A DNA stretch of 64,000 nt from an uncultured bacterium (lineage in GTDB: Bacteria; Patescibacteriota; JACMRA01). Shown here piece by piece: positions 50,123 through 59,950 of the stretch. The position numbers were made by a program, and so were the translations under genes. Location: contig CAWAQU010000007.1 of the NCBI GenBank assembly GCA_963784355.1, forward strand, positions 96,001 to 160,000, in the 5' to 3' direction. The notes below the pieces were generated by a model. The model saw only the letters and a list, made by a program, of their open reading frames with translations. It did no database searches and was not told the DNA's origin. Each line of letters begins with the position of its first letter. Position 1 is the first letter of the stretch.

Positions 50123-51835
50123 ATGACCTATTTTTTAATCTCATTTCTAGCCGGAGTTTTAACCGTGCTGGCCCCGTGTGTTTTCTCACTACTTCCTGTA
50201 ATTATAGGTAGCTCAGTGGGATCCAAAGACAAATACAAACCTGCAATAATTATTGTATCACTAGCTATTTCACTATTTATTTTCACGTTACTTTTGAAAG
50301 CTACTACACTATTTATTGATATTGATCCTCGCTTTCTCAACTACTTTTCAGGAGCTATTATTATATTCTTTGGTCTAATATCAGTTTTCCCTAATGTTTG
50401 GGACGCTCTATCTCTAAAATTAAATCTTTCATCAAACTCAGACAAACTACTTGAAAAATCTAGAAAAAGACAAGATATTTTTGGCACAATTCTTACAGGT
50501 GCAGCTCTTGGCCCAGTATTTTCAAGCTGTAGCCCTACCTATGCTATTATTGTAGCAACAGTACTTAGAGCTAATATTTTAGAAGGTCTAGTCTATATTT
50601 TTGCATATATTTTAGGTCTGTCATTAATTTTGCTTTTAGTAGCAGTACTTGGACAAAGATTTACTAAAAAACTTAGATGGGCTACCAATCCAAACGGTAT
50701 CTTCAAAAAAGTAATCGGAGTAATTTTTATAATTGTTGGTTTATCAATTTTATTTGGACTTGATAAAAAAATAATTGCCTCTTTGCCTGAAAACTCACTT
50801 TTGAGCAGTAGCAGTCTTGAAAATCAATTAGCAGGTAATTTCAAGAAAAATTCTACACAAAATTTGGATAGTTCTCAGATTTTAAATGTTAAAGAACCCA
50901 AAAAAGCTCCAGAAATAACAGGTATAAAAACTTGGATCAACTCTGATGGCGAAAGTTTAGAGAAATTGAAAGGAAAAGTAGTGCTAGTAGATTTTTGGAC
51001 TTACTCATGTATAAACTGTCAAAGGACTTTACCGTACCTAACAAAATGGTATGATACTTATAAGGACGACGGATTTGTGATATTGGGTATGCATGCTCCA
51101 GAATTCAGTTTTGAACAGAAAAAAGAAAATGTGCAGAAAGCTGTAAATGATAGTAAAATAAAATATCCTGTTGGATTAGACAATGACTTTGCTACATGGA
51201 ATGCTTATGAAAACCAATCTTGGCCTGCAAAATACTTAATTGATAAAGAAGGTAATCTACGTATGATTCATTTTGGTGAGGGAAAATATGAGGAAACTGA
51301 ACAGGCAATTAGATTATTACTGGAAGAAAAAGGTACAAAGCTAAATACTGAAACTGTTAGTAACAAAGTAGACAATACAGGAAATGTTTCGAGTATGCAA
51401 ACACCAGAGACGTATTTGGGATTTTCTAGAAGTGAAAAATTTACTAATAGGGCAGAGCTTTTAGACAATAATGCTTACAATAAACCATTTGTTTATTCCG
51501 GTTCAGCTGGAAAAGCTTTGGAAAGTGATTTTTGGACTCTAGAAGGTAATTGGACTATATCTAATGAAAATATAACTTCAGCTGATAATAATGCCAAATT
51601 CAAGATGAAATACAATGCAAAGGAAGTCTATATTGTTATGAGTACAGATAATCCTTCTGAGATTAAGTTTGTGGGCAATAATAAAGGAGAAGATGTTAAT
51701 GAACAGGGAGTTATTAAAGTCTCTGAATCTAAACTTTACCGAATAGTAAAAGCCAGTGAACTTGTTAAAGATGGTGAATTTGAATTAGTTGTACCAAAAG
51801 GAGTAAGCTTAAATGCTTTAACTTTTGGAAGCTAA
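50123..51835 (+). CDS. dipZ: DipZ-like protein (CcdA membrane domain, thioredoxin domain, C-terminal domain)
   Basis: LAPCV..LLP, FSSCSP, DFWTYSCINCQR, HAPEF, WPAKY, TPETYLG. Confidence 0.9.
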   Translation: MTYFLISFLAGVLTVLAPCVFSLLPVIIGSSVGSKDKYKPAIIIVSLAISLFIFTLLLKATTLFIDIDPRFLNYFSGAIIIFFGLISVFPNVWDALSLKLNLSSNSDKLLEKSRKRQDIFGTILTGAALGPVFSSCSPTYAIIVATVLRANILEGLVYIFAYILGLSLILLLVAVLGQRFTKKLRWATNPNGIFKKVIGVIFIIVGLSILFGLDKKIIASLPENSLLSSSSLENQLAGNFKKNSTQNLDSSQILNVKEPKKAPEITGIKTWINSDGESLEKLKGKVVLVDFWTYSCINCQRTLPYLTKWYDTYKDDGFVILGMHAPEFSFEQKKENVQKAVNDSKIKYPVGLDNDFATWNAYENQSWPAKYLIDKEGNLRMIHFGEGKYEETEQAIRLLLEEKGTKLNTETVSNKVDNTGNVSSMQTPETYLGFSRSEKFTNRAELLDNNAYNKPFVYSGSAGKALESDFWTLEGNWTISNENITSADNNAKFKMKYNAKEVYIVMSTDNPSEIKFVGNNKGEDVNEQGVIKVSESKLYRIVKASELVKDGEFELVVPKGVSLNALTFGS

Positions 51836-52564
51836 TTAATCTACTAAGCTTTTAGAAGATGGACCGGAATTGGTATGAATGCTTACTTTACCCTGTTTTA
51901 TTTTAGTAAAATCAATATCCTTTAAATCATGGACAAGTAAATCTGCTAAGTAACCTGTATCATTTATGTTTTCAACTAGCCCTATGCATTGCATATGAGC
52001 ATTCTTAGCAGCTTTCATACCATTCTTGGCATCTTCAATAACTAGACAATTTTCGGGGCTTATTCTTAATCTGTGCGCAGCCAGTAAATAAATCTCGGGA
52101 TTTGGCTTTGCCTCTTCAACTTCATCAGAATAAGCGATAGTATCAAGCTTTTTACGAATATCAGTCTTTTTTGTTATTTTATCTACCCATTCTCTAGAGC
52201 CTCCTGAGGCTAAACCGACTTTAATATTTTGGCCTTTTAAAAAATCAATAATTTCTAAAGATCCGGGTATTAAAGGTATACCCAAGTCGACTTCGGCATC
52301 AATTTCTTGGACTCTAAAATCAATAAAAGCGTCTACATCATCTTCAATATTGTATCTTGTAAATATATCTTTAAAAATGGCCCTAGTTTTTCTACCGGCA
52401 TATCTTTCTTCATAGTCTTCGGGTGTGAGTTCAACTCCATACTTCTCAAACAGTAAGTCAATACTTATTTGGGTTTTTATTTTTTGGGTGTCTGTGATTA
52501 CCCCATCTAGGTCAAAGATTACTGCTTTTATATTTTCTAACATGGTTTTATAAATTAAGATCAA
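51836..52564 (-). CDS. HAD-family phosphatase (beta-PGM-like)
   Basis: FDLDGVITD, KPNPEIY, VIEDA..G. Confidence 0.9.
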   Translation of the reverse strand: MILIYKTMLENIKAVIFDLDGVITDTQKIKTQISIDLLFEKYGVELTPEDYEERYAGRKTRAIFKDIFTRYNIEDDVDAFIDFRVQEIDAEVDLGIPLIPGSLEIIDFLKGQNIKVGLASGGSREWVDKITKKTDIRKKLDTIAYSDEVEEAKPNPEIYLLAAHRLRISPENCLVIEDAKNGMKAAKNAHMQCIGLVENINDTGYLADLLVHDLKDIDFTKIKQGKVSIHTNSGPSSKSLVD

Positions 52565-52861
52565 ATATATTTTATCGATTCAATGATTTCCAAACTATAG
52601 ATTTTTTTGTTGGATTGAATTTTATGTAAAATTTCATAGAATACTTCATCACAATTTCACGTTTTTGACAAGTCAGATAATTAAACTAGAAAATTAGAAC
52701 ACATTTAATATGTCTGTTAAGGCCAATTTTTAAAATAAAAAACTCTCTTTAAAACAAAATTAATCCTAATTGAAAGTAACTAGGATTTTCTTTTGCGCTA
52801 ACTATTAGCAATTCATGCATGATTTAGAATACTATGGGTTTAGGTGCTTTGTCAATACCAA

Positions 52862-54676
52862 TTAGCTATTTTTTGTATCTCTACTCATCCTGATTAAATT
52901 TGGCTTAACCATTTTGCGGTAGATAGCAGGCATTACATAAACTAAAATCCAAATGATAACATATAAAGCATTTATTGCAATATTAATTATACTAGGTAAA
53001 ATCAATGTATTTAAGAATGAAATAATAAATCCTGCGAGTAACATTCCTGGTGCTAGCTTAGCTAAACCAATTCTGAGTTTATGATAAAATGAAGCTACTT
53101 TGTCCTGCCACTTGTAGTCGTCTAGTGTAACTTGTCCTAACTTTTTAACTGGTTTAACTTCAGGTACTATAACCATTTCAGACCAACGGTAACCATTATA
53201 GTCTATTATAAATTCATAATTACCTGGTAATAAATGGAAAATGTATTTTCCGCCTTCCTTTGTTTCTTTTCTATCTACAAGTTCTTTTGTTGTTAAGTCA
53301 TAGATATCTACAGGAACAAATTCAAATGGTAATCCAGTCTGAATATCAATTGCAAATCCGGTGACTAATCTATGTCTATTTACTAATAATAAATCTAAAA
53401 TTATAAATAACCACAAAGCAAAGGCTAAAATAATGTAAGGTAAGATATTATTTACGGAAATTAACTTATTTGTTGTAGGGGTTGTAGCTAATTGATCAAG
53501 TAAACTACCTTTTAAATTGGTATTTGTAAGAACACTTGAATTATTTGGAGTTAAGTTTTCAGTTGTAGAATTTTGTGTATTGCTTTGAGTATTGTTTTGT
53601 GTTGTATTTTGATTATTTGTATTTTCGGTTTTTGTCTCGGTTGTCGGATTTACTTCAGTTGTCTCATTTGTGACTTCAGTTACTTGAGTTGTGGTTGTAG
53701 TGTTTTTAACATCAGGTGGATTAACAATTGTAGTTGTAGTATCAGGGTCATTTATACATACAAAAGGTGGGTCAAACATGATCTGACCATTACCTCTGTT
53801 TCCTGCAAAGTCTTTTGCGGTAGCTTTAATGGTTGAGCTATCTTCAGTAAAAAATTTATTTCTAGGTTTGATAGTAAATTTGTAACCTAAATTGTTTGGT
53901 TTGCTACTAACATATCTTACTTCACTGCTGTTAGGTGTATATTTGTCTCCGTTAATATCAAATTCAACAGTACTTAAATCTACTCCACTTAAATTATCAG
54001 TAACTTCAATCTCAACTTGGGAATCGATAGGTACCTTTTTGTCTCTGTCTTTTGGATTAATAAAATTAAATTTAGGCGCTTCTTTTTCACACCAACCATC
54101 AGCAAAAGTATAAGTTCCATTAGTTACGGATTTTAACAAGTCTTTACTTGTATTTGTGTCAGCTACATTACTATCAAAAGTTACTTCCGGTCCAACTCCG
54201 TCGATTCTAATCTGAAAACTTGTTGAGTTAATTCCTGTTTTAGGTTCAAAAGGGATAGTAGCAAAAACTTTTTTGGATGTTAATGTACTATTTACTGAGA
54301 CTGCTGCAAGAAATATTTTACTCTGACTTGGTTCAGTACGGTTTTCAACGAAACTTTCGTAAGCGCTACCCGGTCTAACTTGAATTCCACTAAGGCCTGA
54401 ATTTGCATCTAGTATATTGATTTCATTCGGATTATAAATAATCTCCATGTCAGCTGCATTTGAACTTTCATTTGTAGCGTTAACTTCAATATCTATTTCA
54501 TATTTACACCCTAAGCCTCGGACATACTCTTTAGATGGTGGGCTAAAATCTATAGTGGCGGGATAAGCCGGAATGTTGTATCCGAAACTAAGTATAACTA
54601 TAAAAATAGCAGTAAATAGGTTTTTGATTAAGTGTTTTGTTGGAAACATAATGTTTATTTTTGTTTTTTTAGTCAC
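52862..54676 (-). CDS. Membrane protein with cohesin-like domain, Ig-like domain, T/N-rich linker, carboxypeptidase-regulatory-like domain and TM helices
   Basis: SNAADMEIIYNP..I...FATIPF...FDSNV pattern; VTDNLSGVD...A.DFAGN; T..GGKY.F.L.PG.Y. Confidence 0.7.
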   Translation of the reverse strand: MTKKTKINIMFPTKHLIKNLFTAIFIVILSFGYNIPAYPATIDFSPPSKEYVRGLGCKYEIDIEVNATNESSNAADMEIIYNPNEINILDANSGLSGIQVRPGSAYESFVENRTEPSQSKIFLAAVSVNSTLTSKKVFATIPFEPKTGINSTSFQIRIDGVGPEVTFDSNVADTNTSKDLLKSVTNGTYTFADGWCEKEAPKFNFINPKDRDKKVPIDSQVEIEVTDNLSGVDLSTVEFDINGDKYTPNSSEVRYVSSKPNNLGYKFTIKPRNKFFTEDSSTIKATAKDFAGNRGNGQIMFDPPFVCINDPDTTTTIVNPPDVKNTTTTTQVTEVTNETTEVNPTTETKTENTNNQNTTQNNTQSNTQNSTTENLTPNNSSVLTNTNLKGSLLDQLATTPTTNKLISVNNILPYIILAFALWLFIILDLLLVNRHRLVTGFAIDIQTGLPFEFVPVDIYDLTTKELVDRKETKEGGKYIFHLLPGNYEFIIDYNGYRWSEMVIVPEVKPVKKLGQVTLDDYKWQDKVASFYHKLRIGLAKLAPGMLLAGFIISFLNTLILPSIINIAINALYVIIWILVYVMPAIYRKMVKPNLIRMSRDTKNS

Positions 54677-55298
54677 CTGATTTTCTAAAATTAAATGCAG
54701 TATTTGATATATCTAAACCATTTACAATCCCATCCCTGTTTAAATCATTTTTTTCAAATTCATTAATAGCACCGTTGGTTTTTCTAAAATTTAAAGCTTG
54801 AGTCGATAAATCTAAAGAGTTAATATAATTATCAAAGTAACCGCTTGTTTCACCAGCTAAGAGCTCTTTATTTTCTCCTGTAAAATCATTTATATAACTT
54901 ACTCCCAGTTTGATTGAAAAGTTTGAAAAGTATTTACGTAGGTGCGAAAGACCTTTAATATAGAAATTATAAGTTGTATTGTTTTCAAGAGCTATCTCTC
55001 TTTCACAAATATCAATCTCTGCAGCACCGGTATTATCTGTACGTACATCATTAATGGTTGCTATCTTAGGACCGTTTGGTTCGGAAACTTCTATTGAAAG
55101 TAAAGTGCTCCAATTATCTTCTGAGGGAATTCTTTTTTCCGGCTTTACCAAAATATTAAATATGCAAATATTATCTTGCACAACCAGATTCAAATCTGCT
55201 GAGTCGGTATTATTAGCTAGTACAAGAGTATTACTAACTAGTAGGATAAAAGCAAAGATTAAAGCAGCAAGAGTTGATATTTTCAGCTTTTTTTGCAT
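54669..55298 (-). CDS. Secreted protein with a C-terminal dockerin-like domain
   Basis: Signal/TM helix; duplicated Ca-loop motifs DNYINSLDLS and DLNRDGIVNGLDIS; overlaps the next gene. Confidence 0.72.
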   Translation of the reverse strand: MQKKLKISTLAALIFAFILLVSNTLVLANNTDSADLNLVVQDNICIFNILVKPEKRIPSEDNWSTLLSIEVSEPNGPKIATINDVRTDNTGAAEIDICEREIALENNTTYNFYIKGLSHLRKYFSNFSIKLGVSYINDFTGENKELLAGETSGYFDNYINSLDLSTQALNFRKTNGAINEFEKNDLNRDGIVNGLDISNTAFNFRKSGD

Positions 55299-55331
55299 AT
55301 TTATTTTTATTTTTTGTTTAACTTCAATCTA

Positions 55332-55360
55332 ATTATATAACACATTTTTTGTTTATGCAA
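55332..55360 (-). promoter_or_regulatory. Sigma70-type promoter of the dockerin-cohesin operon
   Basis: TTGCAT-N17-TATAAT on the minus strand. Confidence 0.7.
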
Positions 55361-55474
55361 ATTTCTAATTAATTAAACGGTCCAGATAAGCTTTTGTAAC
55401 CAGAAAATGATTTACCTATAACGTGTTAAATTTTGTTTAGGTAAATTGACATTGCGCAGTTTTTAAGGTTTTTT

Positions 55475-56248
55475 GTGTATATGATTGAAATTAAAGATTT
55501 AAAATTTACCGCAGGAGATACAAAAATTATAGATGGCTTAAATTTAAATATTGGGGTAGGGGAAGTACATATAATTATCGGTTCTAACGGATCAGGAAAA
55601 ACTAGTTTGGCTCAAATCCTAGTTGGAAATCCAAGTTATCAGGCATATTCGGGCGAAATTCTAGTAAACTTAGGAAATTTTTACTCAAAAGATAATAACC
55701 CAATAAATATAGATAGTTTACCAATAGAACTACGCTCTAAAATAGGACTCTTTTTAGCTTATCAAAATCCTATTGATTTGCCGGGAATAGCGCCAATTAG
55801 TTATTTAAAAACGATAGCAAATGAACACAAAAAATATAGAGGTGAGGTAGAATACTTAAGCAAAGACTTTCTGGATTTAATAGACGGGCTGGTTTCAAAA
55901 TATAAATTTAGTAAAAAGATTATTCAGAGAAGCTTTATAGAGGGGATTTCCGGTGGAGAAAAAAAGATGTTTGAACTTATGCAAATGCTTTTGCTCGATC
56001 CCAAGCTTATTATACTTGATGAAATTGATTCAGGGCTAGATTTAGACGCTTTAAATAGATTTTATAAAATATTTGAATCATCTAATCGAAAAGATAAAAG
56101 CTGGATCATTATCAGCCACAATCCTGAGTTTATTAAAAAACTAAATCCCACTCAAGTGCATATTATGCAAAATGGTAAAATTGTAAGATCCGGTCAGTTG
56201 GAGGTCTTGGAAAATATAATACAATCAGGCTTTAATCAGTATGTTTGA
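55475..56248 (+). CDS. sufC: Fe-S cluster assembly ATPase SufC
   Basis: GSNGSGKT, GLFLAYQNP, SGGEKK, LDEIDSGLD. Confidence 0.92.
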   Translation: MYMIEIKDLKFTAGDTKIIDGLNLNIGVGEVHIIIGSNGSGKTSLAQILVGNPSYQAYSGEILVNLGNFYSKDNNPINIDSLPIELRSKIGLFLAYQNPIDLPGIAPISYLKTIANEHKKYRGEVEYLSKDFLDLIDGLVSKYKFSKKIIQRSFIEGISGGEKKMFELMQMLLLDPKLIILDEIDSGLDLDALNRFYKIFESSNRKDKSWIIISHNPEFIKKLNPTQVHIMQNGKIVRSGQLEVLENIIQSGFNQYV

Positions 56249-56951
56249 GGATTTTGATGAAAATAATTTTTTAAAATTAGACCTATTCAGTGCAGGCCGG
56301 GTTGAAAGCAATTTTATTAAATCGGAAGTTGAGGCAGATAATTTGAAATATGATGAAAGCAACTTATCTTGGGATTTTAAACATAATTTAAACAAATTTA
56401 TATTGCTCAAAACAGATTACAGCGTATTGAATATAACTATTAATGTAGAAAAAAATTGTAATTTGAAGATTTTTACTTATCATGAATCAACTACTGATTT
56501 TAAAGTGAATATAAATTTGATAGGTAGTGATAGTTCGTGTGAGTTAATAAATATATTTATACTAGGATCTGCTTGTTCGATAAAGTACAATCTGTTGGTC
56601 AATCATAGTGCTGACTATACAAGTAGCAAAGTACTATCTAAGCATATACTGACAAACTACTCACATCTGGAATTTGAGGGTATTTTAAATATTGCTGAAG
56701 CGGTGCAGTATGCTGATTCAGATATGCAAAGTAATACACTACTTTTATCTCCAAATGCCCAAGTAATTTCTAAACCTGGGCTGAAAATTGCTAGCAAAAA
56801 TATTAAGTCGGTACATGGCAATACAATATCCGGACCTAATGAAGACCTACTTTTATATCTCAAATCAAGAGGACTATCCGAATCTGAAGCAATTAAATTT
56901 ATCAAAAACAGCTTTGTGGCTGAATCATTTAACCTACTAAAACCTACTTGA
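56241..56951 (+). CDS. sufD: SufD-like protein (short)
   Basis: LLLSPNA...KPGLKI, VHGNTI, LLYLKSRGL; overlaps the sufC stop. Confidence 0.85.
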   Translation: MFEDFDENNFLKLDLFSAGRVESNFIKSEVEADNLKYDESNLSWDFKHNLNKFILLKTDYSVLNITINVEKNCNLKIFTYHESTTDFKVNINLIGSDSSCELINIFILGSACSIKYNLLVNHSADYTSSKVLSKHILTNYSHLEFEGILNIAEAVQYADSDMQSNTLLLSPNAQVISKPGLKIASKNIKSVHGNTISGPNEDLLLYLKSRGLSESEAIKFIKNSFVAESFNLLKPT

Positions 56952-56968
56952 TTTACTGTTTCGGACTT

Positions 56969-58063
56969 CTATAAATCCGTGCGAATGACGTAAAGTTCTA
57001 AACTTTCTGGGTTGATTGGTAAATCTCTATCCGTTAATTTTTTAAATATTTCAATTGCATTTTGTTGGTGATTTGTATTTGCAGCAAAAATAATAATCGG
57101 ATATGAATTTTTTTCAAAGTGGGTTGTACCCCAACCGTGTTTTCCTGAAGCAATGGCAATAGAGAGCTCAACATTTTTTACAGTTGCCTCATTTAATTTT
57201 TCTTGAACAGTTTCATCTTCATTACAAAATCCAAATATATCAAAGAAATTGGCATGACTAATTTGGTCAAAATTATATATTTTTACACTTGGATCCAAAC
57301 ATACAGCTGTACCAATTGCATTGTGCATTTCTATTGGTCTAATTGCGTTCATTTGTTTGCTACTTATGTAAGCAACGGTAACTTCAAGTGGATATTTAAT
57401 TTCAAGAGCCTTACTCTCTATAGTTGCTGCCATTTGCTTTGCACAACTTTTTGCAACTTCTAACTCATCTCCACTACAAAGCTCAGGATGATCATTGATC
57501 CTTTTTTGTATAGCTCCACAACCTTGATGATAGGTTACTGTAAATTTTATAATTTTATTGTTTTTACACCAATCTGCAATATAACCGGCAATCTTTTGGA
57601 GTTCTACTTTTTCTGTTTCACAATTACATTCTTCTTTGTTGTAGTCTAAAGCAAGTGCGCCTGATCCAGGCAAATCAATTATATATCTTGGTATTTTAGG
57701 ATTGCATATTGTACCAAGTTTAATACCACCAATAGTCTCTTCATCAATAAATTCACCAGTTTGTGCCCCCTCATCTATACAACACATTTCGGCAATAAAC
57801 GTATCTTCTGGTACTAGAATCTCCTTTTTTATTTCAGAGACTTTTAGTTTTCTTCCCAATTCGTCTAGGCTAACCAATTTTACTTCCAGGTCATATTCAG
57901 TATTTACTTTAACCTTTTGGTAACTAAAATTATCTAAATCGTTGATCAATTTTTTATAGTAATCCTTGTATATTTTCCACTGATTTTTTCTGATATCTTC
58001 AATTTGAGGGTGTAAATTACGATTAATGAAATTTAACCCTGGCTTAAATCTTAACTTAAACAT
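56969..58063 (-). CDS. Hypothetical protein with carbonic-anhydrase-like metal-binding motifs
   Basis: CIDEG...PGSG...TYHQGCGA (CxD plus HxxC). Confidence 0.55.
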   Translation of the reverse strand: MFKLRFKPGLNFINRNLHPQIEDIRKNQWKIYKDYYKKLINDLDNFSYQKVKVNTEYDLEVKLVSLDELGRKLKVSEIKKEILVPEDTFIAEMCCIDEGAQTGEFIDEETIGGIKLGTICNPKIPRYIIDLPGSGALALDYNKEECNCETEKVELQKIAGYIADWCKNNKIIKFTVTYHQGCGAIQKRINDHPELCSGDELEVAKSCAKQMAATIESKALEIKYPLEVTVAYISSKQMNAIRPIEMHNAIGTAVCLDPSVKIYNFDQISHANFFDIFGFCNEDETVQEKLNEATVKNVELSIAIASGKHGWGTTHFEKNSYPIIIFAANTNHQQNAIEIFKKLTDRDLPINPESLELYVIRTDL

Positions 58064-58150
58064 ACAAGTATTATTGGTATGGAACCTTTATAGAATAACA
58101 TATTGATTTATATTGTCAATACCTAAACATTTTATAATCTCTACATAATC

Positions 58151-58858
58151 TTGACACTTAATTTTTTTTTAGACAAGTTGGAATACATAATGTCTTCAGG
58201 CGTCAATTTTCAATCACTACCTAATGACTATGAGATCAAACGGCATATACATCCTAGCCTGTGGCAAGAGTTGCGAGAATATGTAATTTATTTTTTCAAA
58301 GTTTTTGCATCTGTAGCAATAATTTACCTTTTTTTGAGAACGAGTGTTTTTGATGCTATTGGTGTGAGTGGAGAGTCCATGTTTCCGACTTATCACAATA
58401 AAGATCAAATCTATATTGATCAACTTACCCCAAAGTTTGGTGATTATCAACGTGGAGATGTGGTTGTATTTTTATCTCCTAAGCAGTTTGATGGGAAAAG
58501 GGAATTGTTTATAAAAAGAATAATTGGAAAACCCGGTGAGAAAATAATTATACAGAATGGTAAAGTATCCATTCAAAGTGATGAATTTCCTGAGCCTGTT
58601 GAAATAGATGAAAAAAGCTATTTAGGTCCTACGGTATATACTTATAAAAAAATAATTTCTGGTAGTGAAAAATATGAAGAAGAGAAATTAGGTCCAAATG
58701 AATATTTTGTAATGGGTGATAATAGAACTGGAAGTACTGATTCAAGAGCTTTTGGAAAAATAACTAAGCAAGATATTTTAGGTAAGGAGTTTTATCGTAT
58801 ATTTCCACCTGAAAAATCCGGATTTTATAAATTGCCGAAGTATAATATTAGCAACTGA
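58151..58858 (+). CDS. lepB: Signal peptidase I (start possibly ATG 58190)
   Basis: SGESMFPT, RGDVVVF, FIKRIIG.PG, GDNR..S.DSR. Confidence 0.95.
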   Translation: MTLNFFLDKLEYIMSSGVNFQSLPNDYEIKRHIHPSLWQELREYVIYFFKVFASVAIIYLFLRTSVFDAIGVSGESMFPTYHNKDQIYIDQLTPKFGDYQRGDVVVFLSPKQFDGKRELFIKRIIGKPGEKIIIQNGKVSIQSDEFPEPVEIDEKSYLGPTVYTYKKIISGSEKYEEEKLGPNEYFVMGDNRTGSTDSRAFGKITKQDILGKEFYRIFPPEKSGFYKLPKYNISN

Positions 58859-58860
58859 TT

Positions 58861-59898
58861 ATGCAGATATCTAAAATTGAGGATAGCAATATCTGGCAAA
58901 GTTTTATTGAAAAACTAAATTTAAATACTTTTTTGCATTCATTAGAGTGGCAAAACTTTAATACTTTACAAAACTTTAAGACGTGGAAACTTGGCCTTTT
59001 TGATAGTGATAATAAGCTTATATCTGTAGCCTTAATCATCAAAGTTGAAGCTAGGAGAGGACATTTTTTGTTCTGCCCGCATGGTCCACAAAGTGTGAAT
59101 AATGATAATGAGTCTCAATATAAAGCAGAATTGACAGAGTGGACTAAATTTTTAAAGAACTTGGCTAAAGAGGAAAATTGTTGTTTTTTCAGGATTCAGC
59201 CAATTGTAGAGAGCAATCAACAAAATAGTAAGGTTTTTGCTGATGTAGGCTTTCGAAAATCTCCGATTCACATGCACACCGAATTGAGTTCGGTACTAAA
59301 TATTGATAAGACCGAAGAAGAAATACTATTAGGGATGCGTAAAACTACTAGGCAGATGATTAAAAAAGGTTTGAAAATGATTGCCGATGGAGAGGTTGAA
59401 ATTAAAAACTTTGATCAGGTAGATGATAAATTGTATAGAGTATATCAAGAAACAGGTAGTAGAGGAAACTTTGTGATTTTTTCAAAAAAGTATTTGATGG
59501 ATGAATTCAACTCTTTCAATGCCAGCGGTAAAACAAAACTGTACGGAATTTACTATAAAAAAGAACTTTTATCTTGGGGTATGGTATTATTTTGTGGCAA
59601 AAGAGCATTTTACCATCAAGGGGCAAATATTTTAAACAAAGATGTACCTGCCTCATATCTGTGCCAATGGACCGGTATCAAATTTGCAAGAGATTATGGG
59701 TGTGAGACTTACGATTTTTGGGGTGTTTCACCTGTAGATGCAGTAAATCATCCTTGGGGCAATATAAGTATCTTTAAGAGGGGTTTTGGAGGCCAGGATG
59801 TGGTATTATTACATGCACAGGACTATATTTTAGATTTTAGATATTGGTTGACTTACGCAATTGAGACTTTTAGAGCCAAAAAAAGAGGGTTTGTTTAG
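58861..59898 (+). CDS. FemAB/MurM-family peptidoglycan bridge aminoacyltransferase
   Basis: FLHS.EW, CPHGP, MRKTTR..I, YDFWG, FKRGFGG. Confidence 0.9.
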   Translation: MQISKIEDSNIWQSFIEKLNLNTFLHSLEWQNFNTLQNFKTWKLGLFDSDNKLISVALIIKVEARRGHFLFCPHGPQSVNNDNESQYKAELTEWTKFLKNLAKEENCCFFRIQPIVESNQQNSKVFADVGFRKSPIHMHTELSSVLNIDKTEEEILLGMRKTTRQMIKKGLKMIADGEVEIKNFDQVDDKLYRVYQETGSRGNFVIFSKKYLMDEFNSFNASGKTKLYGIYYKKELLSWGMVLFCGKRAFYHQGANILNKDVPASYLCQWTGIKFARDYGCETYDFWGVSPVDAVNHPWGNISIFKRGFGGQDVVLLHAQDYILDFRYWLTYAIETFRAKKRGFV

Positions 59899-59950
59899 AT
59901 AAATCAGCCTACAATCTTACCATGAACCCGTCCCAAATCTCCACTATCCT

